Shown here one piece after another: positions 50,838 through 64,000 of a stretch of DNA of 64,000 nt (position 1 is its first letter; every line of letters starts with the position of its first letter). A model generated the notes under the pieces. It was not told where the DNA came from. It saw nothing but the letters and a program-made list of their open reading frames with translations, and searched no databases. The stretch is taken from contig JAHRHZ010000035.1 in NCBI GenBank assembly GCA_024137785.1, positions 19,108,471 through 19,172,470 of the forward strand, written 5' to 3'. This DNA comes from Ginglymostoma cirratum (Eukaryota). The position numbers and the translations under genes were made by a program.

Positions 50838-53800
50838 ATGCATTTGATGGTCAACCACACCATCTTAAAACGTTATGAATTCTGGCCTAATTTCTATTCT
50901 GAACAATGAGAAATTAAATAATTGAGTCACCAAAAAATGTTACTGTTTCTGACTAGGTTATACTTGCAAACTTAAACCTACTCTAGGCTCATTAAAAGTC
51001 AAAGATATAGCACTCAAGGGAAGCATAAATCCTCCTTTAACTATTTAGTGTGATGAAGGCACAATTAAAATTGTGAACAGAAAGTGTTGACTTAACAGGA
51101 ATTTGTAGCTCACATTATATTATCAACAGTGAATTTAGTTGGTCTGATGGTACAAAAAAAATTCACAATGCAGAAGAGAGTTACTTTAATAGACATTTAC
51201 ACTAGCTCTTTGCTGAAACAATCTAAAATGAATCCTGTGTGCCCAAACTTTCCTATTGTCATTTAACATTTCTTCACTTTAAATATTTGTCCAGATTTCC
51301 CTTAAATATTTTTAATAATCTTCCCTTAATAATCAATCATCTTCTGCAGCCAAATACTGGACATGGTCCACCCAGGTTTTTGAAGTTATCAGCATCCAAT
51401 TGAGTGGTCCGAAAGCAGGTTATTCTTGAATGGCAAAGTATTTTCCTTTAAACCTCACCTCAAGAGAAGTCTAGATTGTGGACAGACCAGGAATAGCAGC
51501 CCAAACCAGACCATTCTCATTTCTCTTGCCCTCCCATCCTTGCAGGGCTGCCAGCTGGACCATTGGAGCAAATTAGTTCTCTTGAAGCCAGTGGGCAACC
51601 TCTAGCATCCCAATTGCCTCCTGTGGCTCTCACTGGAAATATGTTTCTGAGGCCTGAGGCCCAATTTCAATCGGGGTTCAAGTCTCTGGCGAATAATGTG
51701 TGGCCCCAGCCATTCTGCGTGTGAAACAGGGCCGGTTCAAAACCACTGCACGGCCTGTCAAACAACTCCATATGCACTTCCTTTTATACTAATGTCTGAA
51801 TTCTTCAAACACTCTCTTTACTCGACACATCATCAAAAGCATTCTGATCATTTATATCTGCTGGATTTCTTGTTTCTATCATAGATCATTTTGTTTTTAG
51901 AAAGAAAATATCACTGACTTCCATCAACTCCATGCCAAATGCCCAGATTTGTAGTTGGGGATTTTTGATCACTTTTTTTCCTTTACGGGGATGACCTAGC
52001 AATGAATTATGCCTAATGTTGTATTTTAAAATAGTGAATTCACACAGGTTTGAGATCAGATCAAGCTGCAGGCCTTGATATTGTGTATAAATGAAAACAA
52101 GAAAATTGACCTGGAAATGTTTAGTGGACTCACTCATGGAGAGAGATTGGCATGTTTCTTAAAATTATTTTTCTTGTTACTAAGAAAGAATTTGTGTTAC
52201 TTTGAAATAAAATGACAATTGATTTCATCTGTTGGTTCATATATTTACCTGTTTATTGATTTATATTTGGCCTTATCCCACTGAGTGTTTCGGGCCACGT
52301 TGAGAAATTTGGAGATGTGCACAAGCGTGTCAGTTAAAAAGATCAGGGCAAATTTTCAATGGACTAAAATTCCAAGTTTGCAGATCAACCACCCACCTAA
52401 CTTTATTTTCCAACAATTCAGATAAGGAACAGGTAGTTTCTGCAATGTATGTTTAGCACACCAATAGTTTTACACTGTGGGCAATGAGTTGAAAGTTTAC
52501 CTCATGGTATATAGTTCATATCACAAGGGGATCTTCTTGTTAGGTTCTTCGCTATTATATAATTAGACGTTGGCCTTTCATCAGGACCATGATGGAAGCG
52601 ACTAGCAGAGTGTGGCCAGGAGAATATCAAAGATAGACCTAAAACTTTTAATGCACCTGTACTTTTGACTTTGCTTTGAAATAGTTTGATTTGTGTTTTC
52701 TCCTGAACAAAACTGAAGCATCAGAGCTTCAGATGAGATTGATTAAAAGTCAAGATGGGAGCTACACTGTTTCAATGTTCAAAGGTAAATGCCACAAATG
52801 AATTGACTTTCCAATTCCGAACTAAACTGGCAAAATAAATCTCTATAAGTGCCAGAAGTACACAGCAGACCTATGAGAGAGTAAGAAATGGGAAAGCTGG
52901 TTTAAGGTTTCATAGAGAATAAAGATTTCACAGACTTTTTATGATAACCCATCCCAACATTTTGTTCTTTTTCCTAATACGTCTTTCCTTTTGGTCTAAA
53001 TTCAAAATTAAGATAGTGGAAAAATGGTGAATGGAATTTGAACCAAGCGAGGATGGGTATTTGTGCACTTTGTTGGCATCTCATCATTTTCCAGCAGTGT
53101 TTAGCCATTCATTTCACCAAGAATGATTGTTTTTAAAGTACGTTGGCTTTAACCTGAAGGATGATATTGTTAGGTGGAAACTGCCACATACCACAGATGG
53201 TTGTGGAGAATCATATTAAGAACATAAAAAGGGACATACAAATTCTCAAGCCCACTCTGTCGTTTATTACGATTGTGGCTTGTTTCCCATAATTCCTGAT
53301 TGCATGGAAAGGGGCTTCTAAAATCATTCTGACTACTCACAGTTCACACACAATGTGATATGTTGATTATCCAGAGTGTGGATTTTGCACATCAGTTTAT
53401 TGAAACTCTGCTGCTCAGTCTTTTCAGAAATGGAAAGAAAAATGACTTGGCCGGTCTCAATTGTGCAATCACTATTTAAGATCATTAGTCCAGTTATCAT
53501 ATGTTACACCTCAGAGGAAAGTGAAGTTGAGTGGAATATGTACTGCCCAAGATAACATTGATAGGTTTAGACTGTACAGGCTGAGCCAGTTGGACTTGGC
53601 TATTATCAAGCAAATATTAAATTCTGACAAATAGCTGGCTTCTCACTAAAGCACAACAGTCAGAAGTCTGAATTAATTTATATTCTAATTTTGTTTTTGC
53701 TTTCCTTTTCACGTTCCATTGCATGACATCATGAGTAGGATGGCCAAGGTAAGAGGCTAAACTGTGTCACTCTGAGACATCAGAGTGCACTTAAGCCACA

Positions 53801-56369
53801 ACGATTGGCAGGAGAAACATGAAATGGAAGCATGCTTATGTATAATCTTAAACATCTTTAATATTGTAAAATTGAATGAGGGATGTATTATTGGCAGAAT
53901 TGTGAAGATCTATCATCAGTAATTCGGCCCTAGGATTTACTAAAATGGGTACTTATGATCACAGCGTGTCTATAGAAAGCCAATAACTGCCTTATAAGGG
54001 AGTTTAACTGTATTGTTATCAGTGAATCTGTCAGTCTAGCTAGGTAGAAAATGTTTCACAGATGTATTTTATTCAGGAAAGTTTGCAGATTGTTTTACAA
54101 TTTTTATTTTAAACCATGCCAAGGCACATAATTTTAATTAAAAACACGAAACTTCTGAATTTAAAAAAATACATCTGTTCTACTGAATTTATAAATCTTT
54201 TTATCTAACAGCAACAGGCTGATAGAAAGAAAAACAGCATGAAATACCACAGAAACTGGAAGGTGTTTGTTAAGTCTCAAGTTACATAATACAGCTCATT
54301 TTCTGCCCTCACAAGATCCTGATTCTAGGGAATATTCTATGTATGTCGTTATTTGCAATGAGTAAAAGAAGATAAACCAATCTTGTTTATAACAATATTT
54401 ATAACAGACGGTGTTTCAGAATTATTTCTCAATTAAAAAAAGCATAAGGCCAATGTGATCAACTATCCTGTCATTCACATATACGCATTATCCCAAACCA
54501 GGGAAGTTAATCATAAATTAAAATTACAATCAATATTCAGTCCAACTACAGTATGAAGACGACGATAATATAATAAACATCATGTATGGTGGTGGTGTTT
54601 TTTTTTCTACATCAAAGTCCTTGTGGATCACAGATCTTAAATAGATTTTGTGATGTCTCAAGCTTTCTGAATGACTTTTTAAGAAGAAAATTGTATTCCC
54701 TATCCAGAGTCTTTTGTTTCCAACCCACAGTCCATCCTGACCATTAATTTTGGAAGACGTTAGTAGGGGACCATGTTTCAAAGGGACGAGATGTGAAATA
54801 TTCTTTGTTTTTTAAAAAAATGGTTTTAAGTGCTTAAGGGAAAATTGAATTATTTTGGACTCATTTCAACAGACTGGGAACAATTAAACAATTTGTTTTG
54901 AATTTTTTGAAATCAATCCTTTAGTGATTAAACCCACTGGATGATTTCAAAGTTTAGCATTTTGCACTCAGTAAACGGAAAAGAGTGAAACACATATCAA
55001 TCTAATATGTAGTTCCATGGGAAAATCTGAACTTAAACAATCCAACTTATTAATTAAGTTCTTTTTTAATCAGAAAGGCTTTACCTTCATAACAAGTAAA
55101 ACATTGCAGTTAAATCAATGCAGAGGCTGTCATTAACTACGACCCCAATATAAATGTTAGATTATGTGAAATGTAAATGGCCTAAATGTCAATTGGGCCT
55201 GATTTTTAAAATAAGTAAGTGACCCATTTTCAGCCAGTTTCCTTCGGCTCCTTTTTATCTGAAGCTATTGATGCCTTGTTAGGAAATGTTTCCATGGACA
55301 CCAAGCACCCTATGTTTGTCTTACACTCTACGCAGATGAATTTAAATTGTGAATTTCAATATATTATTTACTAACTTATTGGAAACCTGAATCTATCCTC
55401 ACTTGATGTCCACATAAGCACGAGGAATGCTGGAAGAAACGGCAATTGGGAATCCAGGCTGGGTTCTCTCTCTCTACGTGGAGTGCAAAGGTTAATTGTG
55501 GGATTTGTACTACAATTCCATTGATCAGTGTCTACCAGTAAAAACTGGATGATTCAATCCAAGAAGCAGTATATTACTCGTCTTGTAGATCGACTCTGCT
55601 TTATACCAGTTTCGTCTGTAACGTTTGTCAATTGCCACAGGTAGTGATTCTGCCACAGACAGGTACCAGTTCATGATGCTGTTCATTTTGAGAGTAACAG
55701 AGTTGGGTGTCAATTGCCTGGACCTATTTGTTATCTATCCCTAATAGAGTATGGAAAAATAAACCATTGCTGTTAGGCAGAGGTCACAAATTAGCCAGGC
55801 TGTATTGATGCTTATCAGAATATCGTTCAGCCAGCGGGTTTCTAAAGACCTAGATGCTGAAGGGCCACTTGCTCAATGAGACAAGAAAAACAGTCTGCAG
55901 TTTATGACCTTTGCTGTTCCTGTTCACACTGGCTGCTTCTAAATGTTTAAATCTGTGGGACCATTCGATGTAACGTTGTAAAATCAGGGCTGGATGGAGA
56001 TCCTATTGTTTTCAACATTGTCTTTTGGAGTATAGTGACATATGAGATGCTAACTGAAGAATCAAGCTTCCAACAGCTGGTAGTGAACAGTTTTGCAAGG
56101 TGCTGCGATGCGCGAGTGGCAGACAATGCTACATGGCTGTCAATGAGGTGGGAATATATAATTTTGGCAAACTGGGACAATGCAGCAACATTCAAATGTG
56201 TTCCACCTTTATTCTAAGATATCAGGTGAAATGATTGATTGGAAGTCACCATAATCCCACCAGACCATAGGACTGCTCTCGCGCTACAGAGAACTGACTT
56301 GTGCTGGATTAACCTGAGGGTCACCACTCCTGAAAGTAATATGGTTCTTTTAGCATAAAAGAGAGAGTT

Positions 56370-56620
56370 GGTGGCTTACTTGAGGTGCAGTGGTGGTGTC
56401 CCTACCCCTAGGTCAAGGTCAAGTTCCTCCTGCTCCAGAGGTGTGTACTAACATCTCAGAACAGGGTGGTTAGAAAAATAGTTTTTGAAAAAGTTAAAAG
56501 ATAGGTTTGGGGCTCTTGTGATGCAATAATAATGTCCCTACCTCAGAGCCAGGAGGACTAGGTTCAAATCCCACCTGCCCCAGAGTTGAGTAATAATATC
56601 TCTGAACAGGTTGCTTTCAA
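56370..56620 (+). mobile_element. Two adjacent ~110 bp tRNA-derived short SINE copies (56370-56480, 56508-56620)
   Basis: Both read GG..CTT..G(G/A)TGCA....TGTCCCTACC..GGTTCAAATCCCACCTGC..CAGAG..ATCTC.GAACAGG; A/B-box-like motifs. Confidence 0.65.
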
Positions 56621-56942
56621 AGAAAAAGTAAAAGAGAGATTATAAGAGCTTGACCATTAGCCAAGAGCAGATTAAGTGCCTCCACATACGGGCCCAAGTT
56701 TACACCATGATGGTGAAAATTTCAGCGGAGGTTTGGAATCCCAAGTCCTGGTCCCAAACCTGGTATTCCTCATTTTCACAGAGACAAGAATGGCTGCAGT
56801 CCATGGTTTGCATATGTGCAGTTCCCAGTGACAACATTTACTTTCTGTGAAATTGGATTTGGGAGTCCCTGAAATCTGGGTGTTCGACGATTAGAGCAGG
56901 TAGGAGCAGGTCTGTTTTCAGTGTATTTCTTTTGAATAGCCC

Positions 56943-57085
56943 CAGTTCTGGGCAACGGTCACTGAACCCGAAACAGTAACACTGATTTCTCTTCACAGAT
57001 GCTGACAAACCTGCTGAGATTTTCCAGCAATTTCTGTTTTTGTTTCTGTTTTTCAGTATCCACAGTTTTTTCAGTTTTTATTTAG
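56943..57085 (+). mobile_element. Single arm of family-2 hairpin element
   Basis: AGTTCTGGGCAACGGTCACTGAACCCGAAACAG..CACAGATGCTGACAAACCTGCTGAGATTTTCCAGCAATTTCTGTTTTTG. Confidence 0.7.
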
Positions 57086-58324
57086 TGTTTATAGATTTTA
57101 GTTAAACCTTGTGACTGCACTGATACTCATTGCTCCATAAGGAAGATTTATTATTATGTTGTTAAAATGCAGAGTTTTTTTTAGTGTTAAGCTGCTACTT
57201 TAATAGTTTATGTTCTTACTTCCAAATGCTTTTTGATATCATGATCATCAATTCTTTCAGTTTGTACTGGAAGAGCTTTTAGCCTCCCTAGTTACCTATA
57301 CCACATTTATTTCCATTACAATCTATCCGAATAGACAGGTACAATATTCATTGCACATGATGACAGGCTCTTCTATATGCTAAGCTAGCAGAATGTAAAG
57401 ATGTTTCCCTTAACTCAAGCTCAGCTCATGATTTTCAAACTATAGGCTTTAACCAACAGGATGCATCTCTCCTATCATCAACTGCCTTCACTTTCTTGGT
57501 CCCTATCACTCTAAGATGTATTTTCTAATGAGAACAGTCCATGTTTCAGACTCTCAACCAGTAAAGTTTTTCTCTTTCGTACTTTTCGATGTGGTATGTT
57601 GAAGTGAAGGTGTGCAGAATAAGATACAAAAGTTGCAGCAGAGATTCTTGATATGTTTGACATTAGTTTCGTGACATTTATGTCCATTAATTTTTCAAAG
57701 TGAACATTTGCATCTTGTCTCTTGGTTTTCCGAGCCAGTTATGTTGTTAACAAGAAAGCAAATGTGAGCAGTAGAGTTCAGCGGTCAAGGTTCCAGGTCT
57801 GACAGGAGTTCCAGCAGCACCTCTAACTCTGGCATTCATTTCCATTATGCTCCAAATGTCAGGAAATCCTGTCATTATTAACACTGCCCCTTCCAGCCAC
57901 AGCCCAGCACCTTAGCCTAAGTAGGGTCCAGTTTCATGCTGCAACCACTTAGGGAGCATAAACAAACAAACACTGCACCAGTAACGGATTCCTGCGATTA
58001 CATCAATTCCGGCCACAATAGCTAAGATTTGAAACAAAAACTAAAAGAAAGTCCACTTGAAAAGAAAACAGGAGTTACAAAAACAGCTTCCAAATGTATA
58101 AATGCTACAAAATGGTAAGTAGGTATTAAAGATATGGCTTAGTTAGGATTGAATATTCTGTAAACAAAATACATCAGGACAAAAAGATATAAGGGAACCC
58201 TCTCTGCTGAGAATAAACTTGCTGAGAAAGGAAGCATTATACTATGAGGAGCGACATAAAGAGCACATGTTGTCAACCAGGGCTTAAGTAAATAATCATT
58301 GCTGTCATTTCAAGGTAGGACAGA

Positions 58325-58830
58325 GTAAGAGCTGCATTGTTGTCGAGGCCATTTTTGTTTAGGTGAGACATTAGACCTGTTCAGTTAGATAGACACAATC
58401 CCACAGCACTATTTGAAGAGCAGAGAGCTTTCTAGCATGCTGACCAATGTTTGTCTCTTAACTAACACTGACACAAGTCATCTGGTACTAAAGTAATAAA
58501 ACGTCAGACTCTGAAAATCTGAAATTAAAACAGCAAGTGCAGAAAATACGCAGACAGTCAGGCAGCATCTGTGCAAAGAGAACCATAAATAGAGTCTCAG
58601 GTCAATGACCTTCCAACAGCATGGGTGACTTTTACTGATGGAAGGTCATTAACCTAAATGTTAATGCAAATTATCAGGTATTCATTTCCCAATTTATGCT
58701 TGTGAATCATAAATTGCGAAGTGTGCAAGTTGGTTGCTACAATATTGCCCACTAACAATGACCAGGCCTGGAAAGTGATATAACATCTGTCAGACTTTGG
58801 AATGTCCTAATGATGTGAAATATTAATGCA
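58325..58830 (+). mobile_element. Degraded Deu-domain SINE interrupted by a hairpin element (58490-58665)
   Basis: AATCCCACAGCACTATTTGAAGAGCAG; the insert has CAGGTCAATGACCTTCCAACAG..CTGATGGAAGGTCATTAACCT inverted pair. Confidence 0.55.
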
Positions 58831-61741
58831 GTGTGTTCGTCACTGTGAAATCAATGGAAACAACTGATCACAAAGACCTTGAAATAACACAGTAGGATAT
58901 ATGCAGGGGTCTAAAATTTTCTTTCTGATTATTTTAGTGTGGCTGTTGAACCATTTGGTGTATCAGAAAAGAAAATAAGACAAGGCTATTTATTGTAGAA
59001 TCAATTTTATTACAATTAATTAGCCTCAATGGAAGTCATTTGTAATAGTTGCAATTTTTAAGCTGACTTATTTGCCAGCTGAATGCTTTTAGATCACGTA
59101 GAAGAAGCTGTGTCTATTTTCCACTATTAGCTAGGTAAATCAGATGGAAGGTTTCATCCATGCACAGTAATATAACTTTAAAATTATTTATACACAGTAA
59201 GGTCAAAGGAGCTGAAGACTTACAATACCTGTCCCAGATTCCCTGCCTATAAGGAAGAATCACAAAATAACATTTTATTTTATATGTATGTTTAAAAAGT
59301 GGGACTAATCTGCAGCATGACAGTTGTATGGGAAAGTTTCTTAACCAACGTATTTTGTGAAGTGATCTGAAATAACTTGCCACGTGCTGACATTGGCTAT
59401 GATTAATGACAAACCACTTCACCCTACTGCACATGCTAGAGGCCTTGATTCCTGTGAATGGTCAGTGCACTAAGAGTCCTTTGAGACCTCTCCTTGGCAG
59501 TCTGCACAAACAGAAACACGGAATCCTCTCCCATCGAACGAAATGTCAAGTGCTTTGGCTTTACTGAAGATTAATTTTATTGATGATTACAACTTCTCCG
59601 TCTCAAGAGGCAAATATCCTGCAGTATTATTGATGGTCTCTCAGCATCTGCTGCACTTGGATTTACAGTAGATTCAAGTATTTGCAAGTGTTTATTTTGT
59701 TAAAAGTATAAAAATGTCAAAAGCTCAAATAAGTTCTTAGCTATGCCATTTGTATGGATCCACATACTTACATATGTGTTTTTCGATCATAAATAGCAAA
59801 CACATCTTGCCAAGAATATGTTAGTGACTATTTTACTTCCAAGAAGCCATATGTTGCAAATAATGAAAGCTTTCCAGAGACACAAACTGTGCACATCAAG
59901 AATCTAGAACGGTTTAAGTGCCTGAAACAAACATATTTACCATAACATCAGAATCATTTCCGAAACTGAGGCCTTTTGCAATGATTATATATATAATCAT
60001 TTGGACGTATATATATAACCAATGTGAGGGTAGAGTTCGAAAAATCTGAGATATTCCTTTGCCACAATCCTCTACTTTTTTGCAAGGATTAATTCCCTGT
60101 TCCTGTCCTTCTCCAAATCTTGGAATGGCAACTGACTTCTGCCTTAAATCGTTATAAACTTTTGCTTCCTTGCACTGTTTGTAACTTACCTCCTTTCATT
60201 TGGGTATCTAACGAAATACAGACTGCTCTTCCCATGTCAGTACCTTCACTCAAGGCCTTCCCAGTTGTGGAGATTTGGGCTTTAATGCTTTTCTCAGTCC
60301 TTGTATCAAGCAGAGAAAGGAGCATAATGTGGGCAAGGGGACAGTGTGCAGATGTGGATGGGGAAGGTTGCTTAATTTATCTCAACATTTCTCAATGGCA
60401 CATCAGAAATTCTGAAAAAACACAGGTGACGGAGTTCACCAAGGCACATCCAGGACCTGCAGCTCCTTGGAGAATGTGCACAAAAATCATTTTAATGGTT
60501 TGCTTGGAGAAAGATCAGAAGCAAGGCAAGAAACAAAAACTTAATAGATATGTTACCAAAATAATCTCAGTGTGTCATAACTCATTTGCAGCAGGAGTCA
60601 TATGTTCCAGCATTTTAGTCAGGAGAAAATAATTCCACCCTGTTATGGAGATTTAATTTCCATTAATTTACACCAGATTGGGACAGTCCAATCAGTCTCT
60701 GTGCTGAATGAGATGTCCAATAGACATCTCAACCTAGTACTGTCTCAGAATGAAAAAGGGTATTCTTTTCTTAAGGCAAGTGTTGCAGGATTCTAACCCT
60801 TACTCAGAGACTCAATAGAGACCTCCAAGTGTTGCTGTCATGAGTCTGCTTTGCCAGGCTGCCAATCACCAACAGGACTTTGGGAGCTGCAATCAACAGC
60901 ATTTTCTCGTCTTCCAAGTGATATTGTCAAGATCCATTCTGGCTCTGAGTGCTTTCAAATACATAAAGTTGGCATTCTTTAAACTGTTGGAAATTGCTGA
61001 GGAGTGCAGTTCTTTTAGAAAAAGAAAAAAAATAGAAGGATATTTGCCCATTTTAACTAATTTTGCACCAATTTCAAAACACACAAAATGCCTTCTTATT
61101 CCTGTTTGTCTTCCACTGTGCTTGAACAGGCGCATTTTGAACTAGGAAACCCAAGATTTTTTTCAAATTATCAACTGAATGTCTACTGCTTGTCCAACTG
61201 TGACCGTGGCTTATGGTCATTCCCTACCCTCCTACAACCCTTCAGTCCACTCCAACCTCTCCACTGTACTTGTTTGCCATTGCAACTGGCCCATGTGGTT
61301 ATACACTTAGCCACTTCATTGAAACAGACAAATTTGTTTACATGGTTTATCTTTCAAGTTAATTCAAGTGCGTCCAAAGGCCACCATTCTAATCTTCATT
61401 TATTTGTCATTTATGCCATTGGCAGTATCATTCATGCTGACATGTTCCAGATTGACTCATTATTGACAAAGTATTAGACAAACCAATCTTTCCTGCAGTT
61501 TACTGTTGGCAAAGCTAAAGCCAAAGCCAAACTTTCCAGTTTTTACCAAAATGCCTCCATCTCTGAGTCCACCTGTCTCCCCATTTGCCTACTGATGCTA
61601 AATGAATTTATCCAGTTTGCACTTGAGTGGGATTTTTTTTTTCCATTTTCAATACATCATAAACATTTCATTCTTTCTGGAACTTTGCCTGCTTACATAC
61701 CATCTTCTTCTGTCACATCACTAGAATTCTAATCCACATGT

Positions 61742-62145
61742 CACCCCTTTTAGTCAGAAGGCTCCAAATTTAAGTCTCACTCCAGAGTGAGCATTCCATT
61801 CTTTCATGAGATATGAGTATCACTGACAAGACCAGAGTTTGTTCCCGTCCCTAATTGCCATTGAGTTCAACAATCTAGGCTGACATTCCATCTCAGTGCT
61901 GAGAGGGCCCTGTACTCTCAGAAGTCCATCTTTTGGACGTGGCATTAAATGGAGACCGTCTCATGTAAAAGATACCATGGCATTATTTTGAAGAAGGCCA
62001 GCAGAGATCTCCCTGGTTTTCTGGCCAATATCCATCACTCAAACAGGTCTCTAAAAGCAGATTATTTGTTCATCATCATATCGTTAGCATAGGGATCTTG
62101 CTGTCCTTACTCAACTGCTACGTTTTCTACATTACCAGAGTGATA
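61742..62145 (+). mobile_element. Deu-domain SINE with a short antisense LINE-tail insert (~61795-61865)
   Basis: AGTCAGAAGG..CACTCCAGAG..AATCTAGGCTGACATTCCA..CAGTGCTGAG..GTAAAAGATACCATGGCATTATTTTGAAGAAG. Confidence 0.7.
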
Positions 62146-62179
62146 TTGTGCAATCTTTGGCAAACATCTCCATTATGAT

Positions 62180-62363
62180 AACACAGTGTAGAGCTGGAGG
62201 AACACAGCAGGATAGGCAGCATCAGGAAAGATTTCTGAAGAAGGGTCCCGACTGAAACGTCAGCTTTCCTGTTCTCTGATGCTGCTTGGCCTGCTGTGTT
62301 CCTCTAGCTCTAATACTGGGTTATCTCTGACTCCAGCATTGGCATTTCTTACTACCTTTGATG
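62180..62363 (+). mobile_element. Family-1 hairpin retroposon
   Basis: Core CTGAAGA-A-GGGTCCCGACT-GAAACGTC; perfect TSD ATCTCCATTATGAT (62166-62179 / 62364-62377). Confidence 0.85.
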
Positions 62364-62379
62364 ATCTCCATTATGATGG

Positions 62380-63375
62380 AAGGTCAGAAATGCTAATTGT
62401 CCCAAACACAGGATCCTCTTCTGCCTGGGGGTCTGCAGGTGACTGGTCGCTGGCAGGCCTCTGGGTGCTAGTGACCTCGGCATTTGTTCATCGACAGTTG
62501 AAGAGACATGGTAATGAGGTTTTCACCAGCCGATGCTCCCTACTCTAATCTCACCAACATAACCACCATGATGTCAGTATCTGAACTGGTGGGGGATGCA
62601 TCAAGCAGCCTTGCCTATTCATCCTCTGATAGATCTGTGCTGTCTTTCTCAGAAGTGAAGGAGGCAGTATTTTGTGGTGTGAGGGATAGTAGGAGAATCT
62701 GAGATAACAAGATGTAGAGCTGGATGAACACAGCAGGCCCAAAACATCAGCTTTCCTGCTCCTCTGATGCTGCTTGGCCTGCTGTGTTCATCCAGCTCTA
62801 AACCTTGTTATCTCAGTATGTTGTGGTGTGCCTCCTTGACCACAGAGACCAATGAAGAAAGAAAGAAGACCTTCTGAGGGCACATAGGTTGGACATGAAA
62901 GAGAAGATGTATCATGAACAAGGGGCAGCCTTTGTGGCATGTTCAACATACACTCACAGTGGGATGTGGTAGGAAATGGAAGAGTCACATAGCAATGAAC
63001 AATGATTCTCATTTGGATACTGGGACATGGATGTTTCTACATGTCCTTGGGACTGGTCCTGGTCCTTGCCAGACAGAGCTAAGATCCTCTCTTCGTAGAA
63101 GCTGTGGAGATAAATGTTGGGCACCTCAATACTCTTCCTGGTTCTTTCAGCCCTATTAGGGGTTAATTTCATCTGGAATGAGAGAAAGGGAAGGATTGAG
63201 TGAGATGAAAGTAGTTGGCACAACTGTTACTACAGTTGGGGCAAATTTGATGAGGTGTTCCGAGTGAATAAGTAAGCAGTGCAGAAGACGTGCAGGGGGT
63301 AGATGGGTGGGATTTGGAATGGATGAGAGCAAGTGAGTGAAGATGTTGTAGGCAACAGTGAGCATGGTAGACCAT
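62380..63375 (-). mobile_element. Harbinger Myb/SANT gene fragment (intron, exon 2, acidic exon 3)
   Basis: cattccAG|MKLTPNRAERTRKSIEVPNIYLHSFYEERILALSG (exon starts 63172), homologous to 5899-6051. Confidence 0.65.
62682..62813. mobile_element. Family-1 hairpin retroposon, core deleted
   Basis: Arms GAGATAACAAG..TAGAGCTGGATGAACACAGCAGGCC and rc; TSD CAGTATTTTGTGGTGTG / CAGTATGTTGTGGTGTG (62665-62681 / 62814-62830). Confidence 0.8.
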
Positions 63376-64000
63376 GTAGGATAGAATAGGACAGAGAAGA
63401 TGGAAAGGGTCAGGAATCTAACATCAGGCACAGCAGATAAGGGAACAATATGAGGCAGAGCAGTCAATGCAAAACTGAGGATGTTGTACTTAAATGCACC
63501 CAGTACATGAAACAAGGTAAATGAGCTTGTAGCGCAGATTTAAATTGGCAGTTACAATGTTGTGTGTATCACAGAAACATGCTGCAAAGGGATTAGGGCT
63601 GGGAGCTAAATATCCAAGCATATAGTTCCTATCGAAAGGGCAGGCAGATAGGCAAAGGGGACAGGGTTACCTTGTTGGTAAGAAATGAAATTAAGTTGAT
63701 AGCAAGAAGTGATATAGAGTTGGAAGGCATAACATCTGTACAAATAGAGTTGAGGGATCACAAAGGAAAAAAGACCCTGTTGTGTTCAGGCCTCCTAGCA
63801 GTAGACAGGATGTGGGGAAGAAAATAAATCAGGAATAGAAAAGGCATGTAAGAAAGACACCATTACAATAATCATGGGTTCTTTAATATGCAGGTGGACT
63901 GGGAAATCCAGGTTGGTAGTGGATCATAAGAAAAGGAATTTGTGGAATGTCTACGAGACAGTTTTTGGAGCAGCTTGTGGTAGAGTTCACAAGGGAATTC
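63376..64000 (+). mobile_element. CR1 LINE ORF2 5' part (AP endonuclease), runs off window
   Basis: KLRMLYLNAPST*NKVNELVAQI*IGSYNVVCITET..GWELNIQAYSSYRKGRQIGKG..FNMQVDWE..EFVECLRDSFLEQLVVEFTRE. Confidence 0.9.

Noticed and set aside
60120-60632. 170-aa ORF
   Set aside because: Non-ATG start, no domain similarity, composition typical of random AT-rich DNA.

Overview
Eukaryotic, AT-rich (vertebrate) DNA. The repeat families (HE1/V-SINE, Deu-type SINE, CR1 LINEs, Penelope-like elements, Harbinger relics) point to an elasmobranch, probably a carpet shark (inference). I find no intact host protein-coding gene; this looks like intergenic or deep intronic sequence. Most listed ORFs are spurious or transposon debris. 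Main observations: (1) a dispersed family of short hairpin retroposons with 12-17 bp target-site duplications and minimal hammerhead-ribozyme cores, plus a Penelope GIY-YIG fragment with a decayed core; (2) several PIF/Harbinger relics with a spliced Myb/SANT gene, two of which share an unrecognised third spliced gene on the opposite strand; (3) an intronless, decayed PRDM5 zinc-finger retrocopy; (4) a LINE 5' end whose UTR matches the body of a local tRNA-headed SINE; (5) a young CR1 inserted into an ~100 bp inverted repeat; (6) a 400-N gap that is probably a hairpin-induced artefact. Family names come from recalled consensus sequences, not database searches, and boundaries of old repeats are approximate.
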